From the NCBI GenBank assembly GCA_020184695.1, contig JAANOX010000253.1, forward strand, positions 310,001 through 374,000: a stretch of 64,000 bases of DNA, written 5' to 3'. The translations under genes and the position numbers were made by a program. The first letter of the stretch is position 1. Each line of letters opens with the position of its first letter. The notes beneath the pieces were generated by a model. It worked only from the letters and a program-made list of their open reading frames with translations. It made no database searches and was not told where the DNA came from. The DNA comes from Histomonas meleagridis 2922-C6/04-290x. Lineage: Eukaryota > Protista > Parabasalia. Positions 57,358 to 64,000 of the stretch are shown one piece after another.

Positions 57358-58509
57358 ATGAGTCTAAACGTTAATAGAGAAATTGACAAAACACATTTTA
57401 AAACTTACAGTCACGTTAAAAAACACGTGCAAAATAAATTTCCAAATGTTAGTGAAAAGAAAATTAAAAAAGTAATATCAAGGAGATTGAAGGATAAATT
57501 TATTAAAACAAAAGATATAAAACCTTATATGATAAAAATATTTTCAACTGTTCCAAATTGTTGGTTTCATGATTTATATGATAATGGAAAAAATAAAAAT
57601 CCTCGTTATTGGCATGTGTTTATTGGCACAAATAATAGATACGTTTATTGTCTGCCGTTAATGTCAAAATCAGCGTCTGCTGTTCATGAAACATTAAAAC
57701 AATTCATTGTCAAATTCCATCCTGTAAAATTAACGTCAGATGAAGAACCAGCATTTATTGAAAAATAATTTAAAACTTCTTTCTAAAAATAAAGTTGCCG
57801 TTCATACTATATCAGACAAAAACCATTCGTCTTTAGGCATTATTGATAGATTCATGCGAACAATAAGAGATATGAATACTCCAACGGAAAAATCTAAACA
57901 TCAATCACATGATGAAAAATACACACATTTATTACTCCAGAAAGAATCAAACAGTTTCTGTATACGTACAACAATACTTACCATTCAGCCATCGGTTGTT
58001 CTCCAAAAGAAATGTTTGATAAAAAAAAAAAAAAAAAAGAATATATATTTAAATGTTTAGAATCTTCTGAAAAACAAAAATGTATTAAGAATTTAATTCT
58101 TCCTGTTGGCTCTTTTGTACGCTATATATTACCGCGTCATAATGGCATAACTAAAAAAAGATTTCAAATAAGTCGTGAATGTTATAAAATTGATGAACGG
58201 AAAGGAAACATATACGTTTTAATTGCTCAAGACGGAACAGTAATTACTAAACCAAGATACAAACTAATACCTATTGGTAAGAATAAACCAAATAATATTA
58301 AATGGGCGTCAACTATTCCTGGTAAATGGGTTGGTTCTGTTGAGTCAATTTTATCATTTAATCCAAAAACGAGTAAGTATAAAGTACTTTTTACTGTTCC
58401 TGGAAAACGTTCATATCAAGATGAAATTCCTGCATCATTTCTCCGCGGTAATACTCCACATAAACAATCAGAAATTGAAAAAGAATTTTTTAAAAATAAA
58501 CGGACATGA
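57358..58509 (+). CDS. Retroviral-type (rve) integrase with C-terminal chromodomain-like region (two A-run frameshifts)
   Basis: 'WFHDL', 'LTSDEEPAF', 'SSLGIIDRFMRTIRDM' and C-terminal 'VESILSFNPKTSKYKVLF'. Confidence 0.88.
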
Positions 58510-58874
58510 CAAACTAACTAACTAACTAACTTAACAAAAAAATTTTGGAGAAAGAGTTTTCATAAATGGCAGTTTCTGGCAATCATCAATTTTCAACTTA
58601 GCGATTTGAGCTGAATTTTGCATGTTTACTGCTGCTGCTAACGATTAATTGACCGAAGAATTTTCTAATGCTACCTGATAACTTGATATACCAGGTAGTT
58701 ACCAGGTAATATTGCGATTAGCTAAAGGAAATTCAAAATTGTTCTGTGAGTTTCTCCGTTCATGCGAAATCACTTGAAAATCAAGAGTTTGCAGCAGTAA
58801 ATGCCAAAATGAAATTAAGATTAATTTTAAGAGTAGTTTTTTTATTTTTTTAACAAGTATAAAAAGAAGCGAAC

Positions 58875-60120
58875 ATGAGCATTGTTAATTTTACATGCAC
58901 AAAAGATCCAAAAACATGTATTGTTACTTATAAAACCGAAGAACAAATTCAAAAATACATTGACGGCAAAATTAATAAATATGTTGCTGAGCATAAAGAA
59001 GAAGTAAAAAAAGAACTTATTATTTAAAGAAAGAACACACGAAGGAAGATTATGATAAGATTTTAGATGAGATAGAATATAATATGCATCACATCCCGGA
59101 GAAATGGCTAAAACCTGAAAATGAATTTATAACGGAAGATATGATCAAAGAACAATATAAAAAACAAGCTCAAGAAGAATATCAACTTGTTTTAAATGAC
59201 ATGAAAAAAGCTGAAAACTTCCAGAAATTTTTAATTCAAGAAAGAAAGAAATTAGAAAAATATCCTCGTTGTAATCAAAAACGTCATTGACAATGTGACA
59301 GAATACATAAACCAAGCCGTTAATTATTACCATCAAGATTTAATTGATGTGAATTTCGAATTGTTCGTAAATGAAGTAAAAAACATTTGTCCGAAGGATA
59401 AAGATTATTCCAAAACAATTGAAAGCGTTTATATAAACAAGAATGGAAAGCGAGCGATGCAAATTCTTGATAAATTTTCACAAAAATTAATTAATGCTTT
59501 AACTACAATTACATTTACGGTAAAAAATAATAAAACTTCTGAATTTATGCTAATTGAAACAGTACTGAAAAATAAATTCAATAGATTAATTGATATTATG
59601 TATATGTTTATATCAAATTACATCAAAAAACAAATAGACATTATTCCTGACGCTCATGAAATGTCGAATTCAAAATTAGTAAAAACATATGCTGAAACTT
59701 TAATGTTTCGTTTAAATGAATCACTCACAGAAAATCTTCCTGAACTTCTTGAACGAAGAATTTAAGGAAAGAGTTAATTATCTCAAAGAAGATTTAATAG
59801 CAACTAAATCATTTGCCGGAGCATTAAATTATGAAGATAAACAAAAACCAACGGATCCATTAGTTGAAGAGGTTGAGGAAGATATAGATAATAATTCAGT
59901 AATTGTAATTCAAGATTCAAAACCAACGTTTGAGAATTTCTTAAAAACTCTTCCGGAAAATAAAATTGAAGTAAAAGAATTATGCTCAATGTATAATAAT
60001 TATTTTAACACTAACGTTTCAACAATAGGATTTGGAAAATTGAAAAATGTAAAAGATAATTTAACAAAAATTATTACTGTATCAAGAAATAAGAAAACTA
60101 CATATTATCAGAAGATTTAA
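58875..60120 (+). pseudogene. Hypothetical gene 'W', right copy (frameshifted)
   Basis: ORFs 59084, 59295 and 59716 are pieces of one gene. It is an inverted paralog of 40876-41957. Confidence 0.75.
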
Positions 60121-60149
60121 GGCTTTTATTAAAGTTTATTTTTGTCATT

Positions 60150-60550
60150 TACTCCCGTAAACTCACGATTTTCACGTCATTTCACAAGATTTGAGAAACT
60201 CACATAACAATATTAAATTTCCTTTAGCTAATCGCAATATTACCTGGTAACTACCTGGTATATCAAGTTATCAGGTAGCATAGAATTAACATCAAAATAC
60301 TAAAATCCACATAGGATTAACATCAAAACACAACATTCGACATAGAATTTACAACTCATCCGTTATAGTTAGCAGCTCCCGTAAACTCACGATTTTTCAC
60401 GTCATTTCACAAGATTTGAGAAACTCACATAACAATATTAAATTTCCTTTAGCTAATCGCAATATTACCTGGTAACTACCTGGTATATCAAGTTATCAGG
60501 TAGCATAGAATTTACAACTTTCCACATAGTATTAACAACAACTCAGCCGG
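60150..60550 (-). repeat. Tandem sub-terminal modules (inverted relative to 58670-58790)
   Basis: 'gagaaactcacataacaatattaaatttcctttagctaatcgcaatattacctggtaactacctggtatatcaagttatcaggtagca' occurs at ~60193 and ~60418. Confidence 0.9.
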
Positions 60551-60552
60551 AT

Positions 60553-60734
60553 TCATGCATCACACATTTTAAATATAAATGTCATCATGAATTTAAATAT
60601 ATTTAATTACTTTCAATCAAAACCAACCGATTTATGAAAATCAATCGCGTTTACACCGTTCATCCTTTAGTTTATGTAGCGCGAGTGGGAGCGAGTGCGT
60701 AGCACGAAGCTCACATAGCGCTGTGTGTGTGTGT
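60553..60734 (-). repeat. Right TIR of element B (ends AGCGCT(GT)6)
   Basis: Reverse complement of 40363-40546. Confidence 0.95.
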
Positions 60735-60957
60735 TAAATATGTAATTGCTGTACGTCCTGAAATGTTTAAAAGAGCGAAACGCTTCGGTTTGGAATCATT
60801 ATATAATGTCTATTGTGGAATTAATGTTAAGATTTATGAACCAATACCAAATACTGCAAAAGGAAGATTCATACTTTTATGGAATCCCGGCAATTGTGAA
60901 ATTACAGTTGCTGATGGTGAAGACGAATTACCAAATAATTTTGGCGTTAAATGTTAA
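60735..60957 (+). pseudogene. 3' part of gene 'Y' of element A, cut at the right TIR of B
   Basis: 'KYVIAVRPEMFK...' is homologous to 52541-52760 and starts exactly after (GT)6. Confidence 0.85.
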
Positions 60958-61161
60958 AAAGTACCATTTATTTTTTGAGGGTTAAAAAAATAAAAAAATG
61001 AACCCTTTTTCTAACCCTCAACGAAACGGATAAAATGAGCATTTTTCGGATGATTTGACATGAATATTGCATGTTTGCTCGAGTTACTGAAAGGTTAACT
61101 TTTTTGTGATTTTTTAACCTTCAAAAATAAATGATACATTAAACAATTCAAACTAAAAATC

Positions 61162-62776
61162 TTAGCGAGCCATTCCTGCTACAAGTTGCTCGATGCTTGC
61201 GTTGGTAATTTCAATTTGACTTCTACCGTCAGGCTTCATTGCTCTAACTTTCAATAATGCGTCTTCAAAGTATATTCCTGTTGGTGCGATATACGTTACA
61301 TTTTTCATTGCGGTATTAGCTAATCTATCTCCGAATAATTCAATCTGAACTGTTCCAGTGGTTGATATTCCACCCATGAAGTCCTCACCTTCAGCGAACG
61401 GTAATCCTATGAAGAAATTAGAATTATCTTTACCATGCCAAGCTCTTGTTTGAGTATTAACGCCTGAAGCATTATATGTGTTCTTGTAATAATACGGTTG
61501 AACTGACGTTTTAATATCTTTTGCTAATGAACTCAAAAGACTTCCATTAAGATTTACAGCATCAAGTAACATATTAAGATTTCTTGGGTCATCAACGGTT
61601 TCATATGCTTCTCTCGGATAAATTTTACCGTCAATATTAAAACTATATCTTATTTGTGGATTCAAGAAGCATGTCCGTGAATATTGACTTTGTCTGAATA
61701 CAGTAAACATAGTATCACAATGTTTAAGTCCTATTGTTGCTGCTGTGTTAAATGATGTTGGAGCACTTGTTGAATTACTTCCGAGTGGTTGTGTGAAATC
61801 TCTTACTTGACAAACGTGAATTGGAAATAGCATCGGAACTTGAATATATTTTGCAGCAAGAGCATTAAACACATCCATTTTCAAAAGATATGTTGCAAGC
61901 TTAATTTTAACATCTTTTGTAACTTGACTGTTGCAAATGAATTTTTGAGGTGCATCCATTGTTGCGTAAGTTGTTGAACCGCTTCCTGCTGTTGCTTTAA
62001 TGTTGCTCTTTACTGATTCATTAACATTTCTAAATCCAAGGTCGCATAAATAATCTCCTTCAACTACAGCTTTTGCAGCAACTAATGATTCATGATCGCA
62101 TACAGGAGCAATAACAATATTTTTATATGAAGGCATCAGTTCGATTGAAAGCTTGCCGCTCCAGTTAGGATAATATCGCATATTAAATAACATTAAGAAA
62201 TAACTTATTGGAATCCTTAATGGAATCTTAACTATAACTTCTTTTTGCTGAGGTAATAGCGCTAAAGTCACAGTAAACGCCAGGAACCATTGAATCATGA
62301 GCTCTGATTTTATCAATAGTTGCGAAACAATCATTACCGGCTTTAGCTTCATCAGATAATGAATTAGAAAGCATGAACCATTCATACCTTGCGTTATGAA
62401 CGTCTTGAATTTTATCTGTGTTTGAATAAATTCTGTATTGGTCTATAGCATCGCATGAACATTTATAACCGACATAATATTCTTTAAACAAAAGATTTGA
62501 TTGTGACGGAACGGTAATTGGTACTTCTTGTTCTAAAGTAATATATGAATTATCTAAACCAATAATCTTAAATCTATCCGTGAAAATGTCAACGTATGTT
62601 GTGTCTCCCTCGTTTATGTCTCCAACATTGCCGTAAGAAGTAGCTGTCGTGTATTCATAATTTCCCGGAATGATTTCAGAAGCTTTAACTGCTTCATCAA
62701 CTTCATTATACCAATCTTGAAGGTTTCCAGTCATTGCATCAATAACATTTGGCTGTTGATTTTGTGGTGCAAACAT
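61162..62776 (-). CDS. Major capsid protein (putative double jelly-roll), ~537 aa after removing one A at ~62242
   Basis: Two ORFs join if T5 at 62242-46 is read as T4, as in the B copy. Size, beta-rich content and C-terminus 'FFIGLPF...GGISTTGTVQIEL...PTGIYFEDALL' fit a Polinton MCP. Confidence 0.7.
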
Positions 62777-62948
62777 TTTATAGTGATAAAAAAATCAAAA
62801 CATCAATTAGAATCTAAGTCTTCAATCGTTACTGTATTTGTTAACGGTAACAATCTTCTATTAGAAAAAGTTCTTAAATCATTATAAAAATTGAAGTAGT
62901 AAATCAGGAGCTAATTGACTTTTATTTGTTCTAGTAAATCCAGCATAT

Positions 62949-64000
62949 TTATGTTGATTTTTCTGCTAAAAATTGATTAAATCTATCATCTCCAATTGAA
63001 TTAATCAAAGCATCAATATTATATTCAAGTTGTATTCTTTGATTATTTTGATTTACAACTTGTTGTGCAATATCTGATTGTAATTGATTTGTTATTGCTA
63101 ATTTTCTTGTCGGTGATAGATTACCGCTAAACATTTGTTGTTGTATTTCAATTTGTGCTTGACTTTCCATTGCTTTTTTTGTATACTCATTCGCTAACTC
63201 AACATCTTGAGCTCTTCTTTGATTTTGTAACGTTGCTATTTTCAAATTTGTATTTTTCTGTATTTGTGCTTTATGTTCGGCAGAATTTAAATATTCTAAT
63301 TCAGCATCAAGAGCTATTTTTTTTTTTCTTCGGTTGCTTGTAATTCCTCTCTTCTTTTAATTTTCTTTTTCACGTTCCTTTGTTTGAACTTTTTTCTTAG
63401 CGTTCTGAACAATCGATTCTTTGTGCGTCTTGCTTATTTCTGGTTTTTGTCCAACGGCTGTTTGATATGCTCATTTTTTAATAGTTCATTTTCATAACGT
63501 GCTCTTTCTAATTCATATTGTGTCTGTGCTCGCATTTCATTTGCATTCTTATAATCTTCTGATTTTAAAACTTTCTGTAAAGTTTCATTTTCATTCTTTA
63601 CTTTTTCTAACTCACGTTGCAAGCTATTTTTAATTCGCATTTGTTCATTAGCTTCTATTTCATGTTGGCGTTCAATAGTAAGCATTTTTGCTTCAGCTAA
63701 TTGAGCTTGAATTGTTGCGTTTTGATCTTTTAATAAATCAATGTCGCCTTTATACTGAGTTTTTTTAAGTTCTGCCAAAGCTTTTGCGTAACGTTTAGTT
63801 TCTTGTTGAGCTTTGTTTGCTAATTCATGCTGACGTTCAATCTCTCTTTCTGCCATTTCACGTTTTTGCTTTTCTTCGTTATACTTTGCCTCAGCAGCTT
63901 TTGTTGCTTTTTTCATATTTCTTTCTTGTTCATCCAAATTTTTCTTTCTTGCTAATTCATCTTGTTTCTCTCTTCGCGTATCATTAATTTGTTGTTGACG
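62949..64000 (-). pseudogene. Coiled-coil gene 'Z' of element A (frameshifted; 5' end outside window)
   Basis: ORFs 63434-63937 and 62949-63245 are pieces of one gene, homologous to 55558-56060. Confidence 0.7.

Larger units (their letters stand above)
40363..60734. mobile_element. Inner Maverick/Polinton element B, ~20.4 kb, both TIRs present
   Basis: Terminal inverted repeats plus packaging ATPase, capsid homolog, retroviral-type integrase, HNH and fibre genes. Confidence 0.92.
38212..64000. mobile_element. Outer Maverick/Polinton-like element A (left end here; right end outside window), interrupted by element B
   Basis: Starts (AC)7AGCGCTAT, related to the TIR of B. Carries a D5 helicase and, beyond B, a major capsid gene and a coiled-coil gene colinear with B. 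Confidence 0.75.

Noticed and set aside
40357-60740. Target-site duplication for element B
   Set aside because: The left flank AATATT and right flank TAAATA do not match at 5 or 6 bp.
39906-61125. CRISPR-like array interpretation of the recurring intergenic repeats
   Set aside because: Repeats are long, irregularly spaced by whole genes, in both orientations, with no cas genes, in a eukaryotic context.

Overview
AT-rich eukaryotic DNA, most likely a parabasalid (Trichomonas/Tritrichomonas-like), judged from an IBP39-type initiator-binding-domain gene, TCA(Y)W Inr motifs, BspA-like LRRs and intronless long genes. The left ~36 kb is host sequence. Intact genes there: a RhoGAP-like acidic protein, a CAMK kinase, flavodoxin, a nucleotide-sugar transporter, Myb, a C2 protein, an IBD protein, a TMEM62-like metallophosphoesterase and a 2291-aa TOR kinase. 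It also holds many decayed genes (GT31, HtrL/YibB-like, two GT47, TRF-like Myb, AP sigma, ankyrin), two inverted duplications and a decayed P-element transposase. From 38212 to the window end lie two nested Maverick/Polinton-type endogenous viral elements. Outer element A has an (AC)7 terminus, a D5-like helicase and a major capsid protein, and runs off the window. Inner element B (40363-60734) has ~183-bp TIRs, a packaging ATPase, a penton candidate, a phage-like HxH fibre, HNH, integrase and a truncated capsid, but no recognisable pPolB core. Both elements are punctuated by families of repeated intergenic modules. All family assignments come from motif recognition by eye; no database searches were run.
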